Below, piece by piece: positions 41,045 to 52,748 of a DNA stretch of 64,000 nt. The notes beneath the pieces were generated by a model. That model was not told where the DNA came from. It did not search any database and saw nothing but the letters and a program-made list of their open reading frames with translations. The stretch is from NCBI RefSeq assembly GCF_022539665.2, contig NC_081332.1, positions 1,922,001-1,986,000 on the forward strand, in the 5' to 3' direction. The DNA is from Daphnia carinata. Lineage: Eukaryota. Made by a program: the position numbers and the translations under genes. The first letter of the stretch is position 1; every line of letters starts with the position of its first letter.

Positions 41045-41053
41045 TGACCTTGA
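41045..41053 (-). promoter_or_regulatory. FTZ-F1-type site TCAAGGTCA upstream of paralog B
   Basis: TGACCTTGA lies ~40 nt upstream of the TATA box, in the same orientation as the site at paralog A. Confidence 0.45.
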
Positions 41054-41849
41054 TGGTGAACAAAGAAGATTGTTTAGGTTTCTAAAGGTAAGCTGCGTAG
41101 AGATAGGGGAATGAGTCGATTTTGAATGGGGTTACCGAGGACATCTGAGTTCAGAACTATACCTGATACAAATCAAAGTAGAGCCGTTATTCTAAGCTAT
41201 TTTCGGCAATGACTTATTTTATTTTAATTGTAGGCATAATTAACACCTATAGTCTCTTATCGTTTGCCAATTCGTTTTCAAATTGAATAAGCAATTCGTC
41301 TAGAAAAGGTCATGGCAATTTCCTGGGATTTCAAGTTCAAATATTCAAATTTCGGGGGTAAGTTAAGTTCATTTTCTTCTTATAGTTTTTAAAAATCGTA
41401 AACTTCATCCGATATTCTTTAACCTTGAATTATTTTCGGTGACAACTAAAACTTTCACTTCTTTTATACCTGGAAACAAGGTCATTCTGGCAGACCGGAT
41501 GCAAATCTACATCTACAAAATAGAGGTAGGTCACGTTCGCTCAAAACATTTTACCTGCTTTTTTAGGGGATTATGTATAGACAACTTAAAATACGATTTT
41601 TATGTGAAAGATACATAAAAAAAATTCTCCATAAGCTGTAAAATGATTAAGTTAACTCAAATTTAATATTTTGAAAAATGTTTTTGTTTTATTTTGGCGA
41701 TGTCTCCACGTCTATTCTGGTGGTAGTTCCATTTCGAAATCCAGTGCATATACACAACGGAAATGGTAATAAAATGATAGGATGTTATTGTGATTAATAT
41801 TAGATGACGCTTAACCCGATTTTGAATCTATTTGTGTCTTAGTTTAATT

Positions 41850-41915
41850 GCGACTGTGGCCTAATGGATAAATCACCGGCGTCCTAAGCCGGGGATTGCG
41901 AGTTCGAGTTCGAGG
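41850..41915 (+). pseudogene. tRNA-Arg(CCT) pseudogene
   Basis: It matches the intact Arg-CCT copies from TGTGGCCTAATGGATAA to GAGTTCGAGT, but has substitutions and a deleted 3' T-stem/acceptor segment. Confidence 0.8.
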
Positions 41916-42171
41916 TAGGCAAAGATTAATTTGGTTACGCAATGTGTGTTTTATCGTGTTGAAATCTGGCTTAGCATGACAACATATATCACGGAACTTA
42001 AGAAACGAAGAACGGACCAAAGGTGGAATGGTTTTGTAGTACCTTGAAGAAACGCTTCAAAAGGTAAACATGTTTAACCTTTCTCGAACAATTCTTACTG
42101 ATTTTGTTACAAATTGCAGGTCGAATTGCCATTTCCAATAAGTATACTTATAATACGAATACGAGCGTATA

Positions 42172-42285
42172 TCTCCAGTAGCGCAGTTGGTTAGCGCATG
42201 GTACTTATATGACAGTAGCTGTTTGCGTTGATGTATGTTAGTTAAAGTAATGCCGAGGTCGCGAGTACGAGCCTCGCCTGGAGAA
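42172..42285 (+). tRNA. tRNA-Ile(TAT), intron-containing; variant T-loop (TAC instead of TTC)
   Basis: TCTCCAG/CTGGAGA acceptor stem, a D arm, the GGTACTTATA anticodon arm, a ~40 nt intron, then ATGCCGAGGTCGCGAGTACGAGCCTCGC. Confidence 0.75.
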
Positions 42286-42500
42286 TTATTTGTTTATGAG
42301 GTACTATTTATTTCAACATATCCGAAGCGTCTGTTCAATTTCCTTGATTGTTCCAGTCAAAGTTTGCAGATCCATTTTTCCACGGCAGAGGTGGACAGTA
42401 CTTCCCACACGTGGGCAAAATTATTCTCCATGTAGATAAGGTGATATGTCATTTTTGATAGAAGGCTTGTTAGAAGGATTGTTAATTAAATACTTAACAA

Positions 42501-42573
42501 GCCTCTGTGGCCTAATGGATAAGGCACCGGCCTCCTAAGCCGGGGATTGCGAATTCGAGTCTCGCCAGAGGTA
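42501..42573 (+). tRNA. tRNA-Arg(CCT), one T-stem mismatch
   Basis: 73-nt cloverleaf GCCTCTG...CAGAGGT with anticodon arm CCGGC-CTCCTAA-GCCGG. The T arm reads GCGAA rather than GCGAG. Confidence 0.85.
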
Positions 42574-42792
42574 TGATTACATGACAAGCATTGGTTAATG
42601 TATTTATCCGGAGGAAACTGTTTAAAATTGTGAGGAGTTCTCTTAGTAAGGATAGTTTTTAATGCTCTGGAGAGACACAACAAATGGTAAGAAACTTTGA
42701 CTTATTTCAAACATTTCGAATTAGATTTAATCCAAATTCCAAGTCGAATGGCCACTTCTAATAAGTCTATTTATAATACGAATACGTATATA

Positions 42793-42935
42793 CCTCCAGT
42801 AGCGCAGTTGGTTAGCGCATGGTACTTATAAGACAGTAACTAATTGAGCTAATTGAAATGGCATCTCCAGTAGCGCAGTTGGTTAGCGCATGGTACTTAT
42901 AAGACAGTAACTAATTGAGCTAATTGATAATGGCG
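42793..42935 (+). pseudogene. Two tandem 5'-half copies of tRNA-Ile(TAT), 71 bp apart, lacking the 3' exon
   Basis: CTCCAGTAGCGCAGTTGGTTAGCGCATGGTACTTATAAGACAGTAACTAATTGAGCTAATTGA occurs at ~42794 and ~42865, and no T arm follows. Confidence 0.8.
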
Positions 42936-42979
42936 ATGTGAAAGCCGCAAACTAATATTGTTAATTAATACATTAAAAG

Positions 42980-43039
42980 GCCTTTGTGGCCTAATGGATA
43001 AGGCACCGGGGTCGCGAGTTCGAGTCATAACCTCGCCTG
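42980..43039 (+). pseudogene. Chimeric tRNA relic: Arg(CCT) 5' part joined to Ile(TAT) 3' part, no anticodon loop
   Basis: GCCTTTGTGGCCTAATGGATAAGGCACCGG (Arg) is directly followed by GGTCGCGAGTTCGAG..CCTCGCCTG (Ile). Confidence 0.7.
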
Positions 43040-43429
43040 TTTATTCGAGCATGTTAACGTTTATTTTTTGTGCGGTGCTTTTTATATAAAATTTATCCGA
43101 AGCATTTGTTTAACTTCCTTGATTGTTCCAGTCAAAGATTGCATACCCGTTTTTCGACGATAGAGGTAAACAAGTCTTCCTGTTCGAGCCTCGCCTGGAG
43201 AATTGGTTTTTAATAAGGTACTGTTTTTATATAGAGATATCCGAAGCGCTTGTTCAACTTCATTGATTGCCACAATTAAAGATTGCAGACTCACTTTTCG
43301 ACGACAGAGGTGATCACTACTTACCACACATGGACGAAATTATTCTTGATGAATATAAGGTGAGCTGTATTTTTAATAGAAGAAGGCACTCGCTACAATA
43401 CTATTATTATTAATTTGATTGTTTATCAA

Positions 43430-43502
43430 GCCTCTGTGGCCTAATGGATAAGGCACCGGCCTCCTAAGCCGGGGATTGCGAGTTCGAGTCTCGCCAGAGG
43501 TA
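43430..43502 (+). tRNA. tRNA-Arg(CCT), canonical
   Basis: Complete 73-nt cloverleaf with anticodon CCT and T arm GCGAG-TTCGAGT-CTCGC. Confidence 0.93.
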
Positions 43503-43746
43503 CTGTAAAGTTGAAAGCATCAGTTAACGCGCGTGTTTCTGTGTAAGAAAGTATTGCGAGTTCTCTTATTGAGTTTCAAATGTTCTGAACGGACGAAAAG
43601 CAAAATGGTTTTTAATGCTCTGAAGAAACACAACAAATGGTAAGCAAATTTGAATTATTTCGAACATCTCTGGTTGGATTTGATTCAAAATGAAGGACGA
43701 AATGCCATTTCAAAAAAATATATTTGTAACAAGAACTGCATGAACA

Positions 43747-43865
43747 TGTCCAGTGGCGCAGTTGGTTAGCGCAAGGTACTTATATGACAGTGTCTTCCGA
43801 TGCCAATAAATTGTTGAATAGTCAAAGAAATGCCGAGGTCGCGAGTTCGAGCCTCGCCTGGAGAA
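43747..43865 (+). tRNA. tRNA-Ile(TAT), intron-containing; acceptor-stem mismatch at position 2
   Basis: TGTCCAGTGGCGCAGTTGGTTAGCGCAAGGTACTTATA, an intron, then ATGCCGAGGTCGCGAGTTCGAGCCTCGCCTGGAGAA. Confidence 0.78.
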
Positions 43866-43943
43866 TTTTTAAACGCCAGCTGTATTTTTACTAGAAGAAT
43901 GTACTTGCTGCAATACTTATATTGTTAATCTGTTGTTTAACAA

Positions 43944-44016
43944 GCCTTTGTGGCCTAATGGATAAGGCACCGGCCTCCTAAGCCGGGGATTGCGAGTACG
44001 AGTCCCGCCAGAGGTA
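43944..44016 (+). tRNA. tRNA-Arg(CCT), variant T arm (possible pseudogene)
   Basis: 73-nt copy whose T loop reads TACGAGT, with a T-stem mismatch. Confidence 0.7.
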
Positions 44017-44342
44017 TGCAGTATATATTAAATTTGTTTGTACCGTCCTAACGTAACTTTATGTGCTTTGTTAATTCAGCGTCGCAACTGACGAACCCTT
44101 CACTAAAACTATACATGTGATGTCGAGTTAGACGACGTTAATGGACTCTAATAATTATACAGAAAGCTATGAAATTGCATCCCTTTTCTTTGGAATCTTG
44201 TTGGATCTTACGTGAATTTCGCTTTGAACACTGGCTGATTGTTTATCAAATTTTGAATTGATGACCCGACTCATTCTTCGAACAATGGAAACCAAGGTTT
44301 GGTTATTTTTGATTTTAATAGGAATATTTAAGATGATTAATG

Positions 44343-44462
44343 TCTCCAGTGGCGCAGTTGGTTAGCGCAAGGTACTTATATGACAGTGTCTCGCTGTGCT
44401 ATCGAATTGTTTACCTATGAAGAGTAATGCCGAGGTCGCGAGTTCGATCCTCGCCTGGAGAA
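44343..44462 (+). tRNA. tRNA-Ile(TAT), intron-containing
   Basis: Perfect TCTCCAG/CTGGAGA stem, an A box, TAT anticodon, an intron after position 37 and the B box GTTCGATCC. Confidence 0.88.
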
Positions 44463-45535
44463 TTGTTTGGTTTGTCTGGATGTCTTTCTAGATAATTTTT
44501 AGAAAATGAAATCAGTGTATTTGAAGCCTACCTATCTATGTAGTTGTTTGCTACCTATAACCATTCTTCACTCAACAATAATTTTCTTTAGGTAAAAGAA
44601 AATTTTCGTGCTAGCCGCCATAGTAGTTTTTATGGTCCACATCTTTTAAATCGCCAACCATAGCTAAAATCTTGCTATTGGTGTTACGTGTTCTATTATG
44701 CTGTTCCGCACAGCAGGGCTTACCTGCATCAACTTGAACGGATTTGACCTTGAAGCATATGTTGTCCAGGTCAGTGACAGTCTTTTCACTCAAAAATATA
44801 TACCTGGAAACAAGGTCAAAGAGTCCGTTTTATTTTCAGCGTAGGATAGGTTGTTGTTTGTCCTTTCTACCTGTCTCGTCGCCCAATCAAATTGCTGCTT
44901 TTCAAGGTAAGCATGACAAAGGAAAATTTCCATTTAGCATTACAGTGTTATATCTTTTAGCTCTGCAGTTCAGCTATTTCCAGACTTATACCCCAGAAGT
45001 TTGAAGCCAGGACTGGACAGCAAACGACGTTGCAACGGACTCAAACGAAAGGATATCCATTTGCTACATGCGAGTTATCTTCAAGGTCTGGCAAATAGAT
45101 GAGAATAGCGACTGTAAATGCAAAGGTAAAAACGAGGGTTTCGTCGATGTAACCCGAAATCGTGATAATGAAAATCTAATGAATTATTTCTGTGCAATGC
45201 ACACATTGGGTGGCACACGAAGGATTTTTCGTAGCAATGCGGGACAAGGGTATCTGTGATCTCAACAGGCACCAGCAGACGAAGAAAATACTGGGCTATT
45301 GGGGGAATATTTTCTGCCAGATTAGTGTTGACAACAGCGGTCAAAACTTCAGTGTGTTTGCCTTAAGTTTGCTAGTATTAAAAGTAATTTAACAATAGTA
45401 TTAATGAAAAGGAAGCAGAAAGAACAGTTGCATCTTTTCAGTGACAGCCTGGCTTCCATTGCAGCGTTGTTTTCAAAACAAAGTCATCAGTGTTACGATT
45501 CTCGTGGATTACTTTGCATTTGAAAATTAATAATA

Positions 45536-47245
45536 ATGCATGGTTTTTTAAAAATGCTAGTGCCTTCTAGTATTTTCCTGTCATTTTCTTTTTATTGTTT
45601 GATGGCAGTGGGTGCCATTTCAATTTATGATATTCAGCCACAACAAATTCATCTATCTTTCTCAGGTATGATGTAGATATTGTTGGGCATATTTTTATTC
45701 ATAGTGTTTTTTCTTGTTATATTTTGTCTTATTGATTACTTTTCTTTGACTGTTGGTATTTTATTTTTAGATAATGCCAGCGATCCCATTGTCACGTGGA
45801 GTACAATGAATGGTACAAACGAAGCAAGTCTTGTGGAATATGGGATTGTTGAACATAATTTAACTCAAACAGCCACTGGAGTTGCTACAGAATTCATAGA
45901 TGGAGGACTAGCAAAAAGAGTGCAATTCATTCACAGAGTGAAGCTTACAGGGTTGTTGCTGAAGCAGAAATACTGTAATTCTGGGTTTTCCCATACATAA
46001 TCGGTGAGAAGTTATAACCCTGTTTTCTTTCTACGCACATATTATAGTTTATAGATGTGGAAGTCGACTTGGTTGGTCTAGCCTGTACAATTTTCTCACT
46101 GTTGACAGCTCGGCAGATTGGTCTCCAAGACTTGCTGTTTATGGTGACCTGGGCTCAGAAAATCCTCAATCTCTTTCACGACTGCAAAGAGAAGCACAGG
46201 AAGGACTGTACGATGCGGTGTTTCATGTTGGTGATTTTGGATACGATTTGGATGAAGAAGACGGTATGTATTTACCTAAAATATAAGGACTAAACGAAGC
46301 CTGAAAGTACACCTTCTAGGTCAGCTTGGTGATCGTTTCATGCGCCAAATTGAACCAGTAGCTGCCTACTTGCCGTACATGACCTCAGTGGGAAATCACG
46401 AGGAGAAATACAATTTCAGCCACTACAAGGCCCGTTTCTCTATGCCAGGCAGCGAGAATGGCTTAATGTACAGTTTTAACCTTGGTCCAGCTCACATCAT
46501 ATCCATTTCAACAGAATTTTACTATTTCATCAACTACGGTTTCAAGCAGATTGCTTTACAATACGACTGGCTTACACGCGACCTTGAAGAAGCCAATGCT
46601 CCTGAGAACCGCACCGTCCGCCCCTGGATAATAACCATGGGTCACCGTCCGATGTATTGTTCAAATACGGACCAAGATGACTGTACAAAAAAAAGATACG
46701 CTTACCCGCGTAGGAATCTCGTTCTTCCAATGGTAAACCTAATCAGACCTGCATCAGATCCTGCCGAAGAATGACTAATAAATAATTTATTATTACAGGT
46801 TCGCGTTGGAGCCACTCTTTTACAAACACGGAGTCGACTTGGCCCTGTGGGCTCATGAACATTCATACGAACGACTATGGCCTATATATAACCGTACGGT
46901 AATGAATGGAAGCTTGGAACACCCTTACACTAACCCTAAAGCTCCAGTTCACGTCACGACTGGATCAGCGGTACGACGGGCCGATTTTCATATCGAATTC
47001 ATTACACTTACACTTACACTTATTTCGATATACAGGGTTGCCGAGAAGAGCGTGACGAGTTTATTTCCGAATTACCATATTGGTCAGCCTTTCGCAGCAA
47101 CGATTATGGATATTCTCGTTTATTCATCGCAAACAAGACTCATCTGCATTTGGAGCAGGTCTCAGATGATCAAAATGGTCGTGTGATTGACGATTTCTGG
47201 ATCACGAAAGATCATGTTCGAGGTTACTTAGATCACGAATCATAG
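45536..47245 (+). CDS. ACP7: Acid phosphatase type 7 (purple acid phosphatase family); apparent +1 frameshift at the A8 run 46687-46694
   Basis: A signal-like N-terminus, PQQIHLS, an FN3-like domain (IHRVKLTGL..Y.YRCGS..WS), metal motifs GDLG, GDFGY, GNHE, GHRPMY and AHEHSYER, and APVHVTTGSAGC. Confidence 0.9.
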
Positions 47246-47289
47246 GACAATGGTAAACACTTCATCTTAGCATTCCGTTATTATTTATC

Positions 47290-49955
47290 TCACTTTGACA
47301 GTGCAATTAGAAATGGGTCTAGATTAACCAAAGCGTGTTGCTTTTTGCATTCTCTTATCCAATCACTTTTGACGATTTGTATGTCTTTATTTTTCGCCAG
47401 TACCTTTAAAAAAATTTGAAAACAAATAGTAAAATGAAATATTTCTCAAAGTAAGGAAATTATACAAACCTTTGCAATAGCGGCATCATCTGGATTGTCT
47501 GTAACGAAGTATTTAATACTGGATCTCCGCTTGGGAACGATTTGGCTATTTGTTTAAGAAATAATAGTTAATGAAAAAGCAAAATTGAGCACGACATCAA
47601 TCACCGAATACCCTTGAAGATCTGTTACGTAGCGGGTAAGTTCTTCCTTGAAATCTTCAGACAAATCTTTTCCCAGCAGAAATTTGCTATCGTTGTAAAT
47701 ATTTGAAGATTGAGAATCTTTTGAGAGCTTTTGTTCCTGTAATATTTTCTTCTTTATCCTATTTCAGAACAAGGAAAACAGCCATTAATCAACAATCGCG
47801 AGTTAGCGTCTGATGAACCTACATATCAATCTCATCGTCTGTGTCCACTTCATCTACTTCAGTTGAACCACCGTAGTCATCTTCATCTTCTTTGACTGTA
47901 CTAGTTTTGGGAGTTATGCAGATACCAGTAGCTGTATCAGAGACGGAAGCTGCTACGTTGTTATTCCGTTTAGGAGCTGGGGATGTCGTATTCTGGTCCT
48001 CTGGTCCAGCCAAGATTTCTTCTTCGCTTTCTTCTCCTCTGTCGTTTTTATCTAAACAATAACTTTAGACAAAAACGTTTAAATTAACATTAATCAATTA
48101 CGCAAAGCAATGTTTCGTCTTACCGTCTCCAAGGTAACCGCTTTCGCTTAGCGTAGCAATCTTCTACCCAGTTCTTCGTAACAATTTTGCCTTTACCCTT
48201 CACTTCGAGGAACTTCGGCGTATTATAAAAGGCACACCTGCAGTGAAGAAATTAACAGGTGAGCACAGATCGGTAAAGAAAAAGTTGCAATGGACAATAC
48301 ACCAAGTGAGTGCAAGACGCATTCCATTCCGGTTTGTACGTGGCTCCCAAGGCCTGCAGCTTATCTCGTAACTGCGATCGTAGTGGGTTTTGAAAACCAC
48401 TGAGAACTACCACGACGTTATCCAGTAGGCGATTAAAAGGTTTGGTTATTCTTTGTTTCTTCACTAACTGGTCCACCTATTTTGCATAAAATAATCAATT
48501 TTCGTCCTTTTTACACGTTTAACTAGTAAATTACATTGGTCGAAGGAGAGGATGGCGGTGCTTTCCTTTTAACGGATTCTTCCTTCCGCGAATGCTTAGA
48601 AATGGAATTGTTTAATTTGTTTTCGTCTAGTTTCTTATTTGAGGGTTTCGTTGGTGGTGGAGTAGAAGGCACACATGATCTGATACGATCCGACTCTACC
48701 AGCTTACGACTAGGCAACGACTGAATTTCAGTACTGGTCGAATGTGTTTTTGACGCTGTCGGACTTTGGTACTGTAATGTTTTAAGTTTATCAGTTAACT
48801 TTATGTCTGGTCTGCCATCCTTTTTAGGTGACTGTTTCAATATGTTCACGGCCTCTTTCTCACTCTGGGCTAGAGCAACTGAAGCGAGACTTTGCGACGC
48901 TGCGCGGATGGCGCCAGGCTCTGCATAAACAAAAACATTGTGTTTTACACACTTGAAAGGCGGCATATTAAAACTGCCCATTACGAGTACTCGGTGAACT
49001 GTTCATCGGCGATTGGAACGACTTGAACCGAGAAAATAGACTGCCTTGCTTGATGGGGTCGTCGGTCAGCTCATCCTTAAGCTTGAACATCCCAAAGTCA
49101 ATGCTTTTCGGACTGGTAACACTAAACATTTTATAGTTGTCAGTAAGTGTGTAAATATATTAGCAAAATAGTGTGGTAGAGTTACTTTTGAACTTTACTA
49201 AAGGATTCCTCTTCTGGAGCATGAATGGTTATGAATGATATTCCATACTGAAGCTGCTTGTTAAATGGTTGCGTGCAAATCACTTTAACACGATCCCATT
49301 TTTCTGTTTGAGTAGCCTTGTTCAAGTCTTGATGTTTGAAAATTCTCACACGTTGGAGATTTGTTTCATTTCGACACTCTTGGGGAGTCATAAATGTGGC
49401 CGAATTCAAGAGTGTCTATAGGGGCACATGGTACATATATTCATATGCTACTTGTTGCTTCTTTTAAATTTGTGTACCTTATATTCTTCATCTGGGCAAC
49501 CGCTTCTACCTACTAAAATTTCAATGAAAGCAGAGCCATGGTTTCCTATGTCAATGGCGGAGATTAGTGTGGGCTTTTCTAGCTGAAGCTCAACCCAAGC
49601 TTTTTGTTCTCCGCCAGTTTTACATCTCCATTTTCTGTATGCTCCATCTTTTATTAGGTTTTCCGTTGGTTGGTTCTACAGAATGAAAACCAAAAGAAAA
49701 TTTAAAAGTTGTTGTGTGAGTCTTGAATTCCATTAGGGTACTCTTTGGGCAAGGTGATAAATGGATATACAAGGATAGCCACTCAAAGAATAAATTTATC
49801 ATAAAACAGTCCATCACCAAATCCAATCAGACAATGCATGATGAAACTGAACGCGACATCAAGTATCTACAACGCGGTATTCATTAGTTACTTTACTAAC
49901 TTACAGGATCCTCACTGCTGAAACTAATGACACGATGCAATTTAATGGGTGCCAT
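47290..49955 (-). CDS. XRCC1: DNA repair protein XRCC1
   Basis: N-terminal domain MAPIKLHRVISFSSEDP..IDIGNHGSAFIEILV..SATFMTP..KWDRVKVICTQPFNK..YGISF; BRCT1 VVVVLSGFQNPLRSQLRDK..LGATYKPEWN..CTHL..AFYNTPKF; acidic YGGSTEVD; and a degenerate C-terminal BRCT. Confidence 0.93.
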
Positions 49956-50110
49956 AGGATTGAGATTTCGTTGCTAAAAAAGCCAAGTCAGAAACTGACA
50001 AGATAAACAAAAATTTTAGAACAGCGTGATTAAGTTTTTGAAGCTCCGTTCGAACGTAGATCTGTCTGCTAAATAGCACGCGGCTATTTGGTGTGTGTAT
50101 GTTGACTCAA

Positions 50111-50465
50111 TGCTATGGCCATCTACCGGTCAGATTTCCAGTTAGTACTCTACATACACTGACCGAAAAAAATTTTTCAGCCCGACTAGACTAAATAAGT
50201 CCGACTAAATAAGCCCGACTTTTCTTGGTCGGGCTTAAAATTTTTTCATTCACCGAATATTTCTACTGCATCAAGCTAGCGCTGTACCGTACTGGCACGC
50301 TAGCATTGCGTCAAATATTCGGTGTTTTTTTTTTAAAAATTTTTTAAGCCCGACCAAGAAAAGTCGGGCTTATTTAGTCCGACTTATTTAGTCGGGCTTA
50401 AAATTTTTTTCGGTCAGTGTTTGTAGAGAATTAACTAGAAATGTAACCGGTAGATGGCGATAGCA
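50111..50465. mobile_element. Palindromic MITE-like element with CACTG...CAGTG inner termini (50157-50419) and AAGCCCGACT/AGTCGGGCTT sub-repeats
   Basis: The arms are imperfect reverse complements. Related ends recur at ~54690-54800 (inverted) and ~59445-59785 (direct). Confidence 0.7.
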
Positions 50466-50726
50466 ATAAAACAGAAAAAAAGGCCAATATTTTTTATTTT
50501 TCTTTTGGGTAAAACGGATTGCCATAACCCTTTACCCTTGTTACTAGTTCTGGTAACTTCATGTCATTATTAAAACCTTATCCTGCGCGGCCATTTAGTG
50601 TACAGTCAGGTTTAACACGGTAGTAAACAAAGTGATAATTTTACCAAGTCAAGCTAAGCCCGCCAGATGCCACTACAATCATTGTTATGAAAAGTTGGAT
50701 CACAGTTGTATTGGTGCTGAAGGTTT

Positions 50727-51696
50727 TCGTTTAATAATAATGCAATCTAACGAGTTTAAGCGTGTGAAGCTGATAAGTTCTGACGGATATCAAATTAAGG
50801 TGATGATTTTGAAATATTTGCGTGGCTTATGATGTGTGTGCTATTGCTTTGAAATTGTATATAAGTCGTACCTGAAAGCTGAACTTTAAGAACCTTAAAA
50901 GGCCACGTTATGTTTGTTTACAATAGTTTCCGTTTGAAACTACACAGATCGTGTGTTCCTTATAAAGAAGAACATAGTTAATTTTTCAAATTTTCGGAAT
51001 TTTAACTTTCGGTTTAAGATCCGGTTTCAAAATGCTTAATAACTCACTATCTGTTGGTCTGAACAAAAAAAGACCGTCATTTTCATAATCCTCATGAAAT
51101 TTGGGGTCGAATCCATGTGTCAGTAGAAAATACCCGAAAATCGTCAAAATTCGCAAATTTCCCTGAACTATAGTTCAGGAAAAATCGCGATTTTGGCCAA
51201 ATTGGACTTTTCGCCAAAAGCCGGTAAAAATAGGTCAGATATACCTAAAATTTCATAAGGATCACGAAAATCATATTCATTTTGTCATGGGTTCACTATT
51301 TCTGGAGATATAGACTACTTTCGGTCACTTCCGGTAAACTTTGGTTTCAACTTCACAAAAAATAAAAAAATAAATATTAATATTCTAAACATTTCAAACA
51401 TTTTAATCATAAGTGATACGGTATGGCGGCTTTTTTTTCCGTGTATTTTATGCTATTTCACTACTGGTTGATCTTGCGAATTGCTTATCTGCGATATTGT
51501 AAGCGCTTCGACCTGCAACTACTAGTTTATTTACTTTGTTGTTGCGCTTGAAAAAGCATAAACTTTCTGAGACTGATAAAGGCCAAGCAAACAAGCATAC
51601 AAGCAAAGAACCAGCAAGTTTTGTATTTCTTTTTTAAAATAATTTTTTATTTGGTTCCAGAAACTACAACTAGATGATACTACTATGCTCCGTTAA
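50727..51696 (+). repeat. ~970 bp dispersed repeat, copy 1
   Basis: Highly similar direct copy at 60810-61785 and a more diverged inverted copy at ~58153-58858. Confidence 0.9.
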
Positions 51697-52748
51697 GAAA
51701 CATGTCAGCAGTTAAATGTCTGTTAGCTTCCTTAATTGTGTTACTTTTCCTATGTATTTTTATCCAAAACATAAGGACATGTTATCTAATCGAAAAAAGA
51801 GGAGAAAAAAATCTTTGGTTCTTGAAGAAGAATTGGATATCGCAATGGTGAATTACTATCATTGTGTGATTACGAGCAACGAGTGAAAAATCTTGTTTGA
51901 AATATTCATTAAGTTCGGTTGTTCCAAAGGAAAATTCAGCTGAAACATAACGGTGCGTTATTACTATTCAATATTTCATTTTTTTATGGGCAATACTCCA
52001 AATCAATTTTTTTGCATTTAACAGGTAATCCCTTTTTATCGGCTCCCTAGCAAGCTGGTAAACTTTAAACAAATCTTTGCAACCTTTATCAGTTGCTTAT
52101 CATCACTCTAGTATGAACCTTGTTGAGAGGTATTTAACTTAAATTTTGGCTACCATTACAATAAAAAACTGATCTTATCATTGTGATCAAGCTCTTCAAC
52201 TGTAACCAAGAAGGAATTGAAGCCAGAGTACAGTCAATGTGAGAAATTAAGTGGAATACCATCACTTTATTCTAGAACCCTTTGTCTATTTCAACTTCTG
52301 TCAGTTCCAGACTGGAAAATGCAGCATATTTCTCTTCGTTGTGGTGGTTACGATTAGCCAATACAGTTCAGCAGTCTTCATGTCATTTCTACTTAATTAG
52401 CCAACGTACAAAGATGTGGGCAACAGAAGCATTATTTTTTGGTATTTTAAGCTTATTTCCTGTTATCATTGCTTTTTTAACATTTTATATTCCATCATAG
52501 GACTGCAGATCTTTGTCTTCTATCTCAAACTTGCCAGGCCTATAATTTTCCATGTCCTGACAACTGGCGTAAGTCAATTTGCCTTCTCTATTAAAATTTT
52601 GTCAATAATCATATATTCCTCTTCTAGTAACACTTTTTCTTCATATTACCATTTAGAATTATGCCATCTACGTCTTCTGCTCCATGCAAAATTGATCATT
52701 AAGATTCTAAGTTTTGCACCTTCTTTCGCCCCGTTTTCATTTCATCGC

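Noticed and set aside
50157..50419. Firm assignment to the CACTA/CMC superfamily
   Set aside because: The CACTG ends and sub-repeats fit, but there is no TSD (TA vs TT) and the inverted symmetry extends ~45 bp beyond the CACTG. I left it unclassified.
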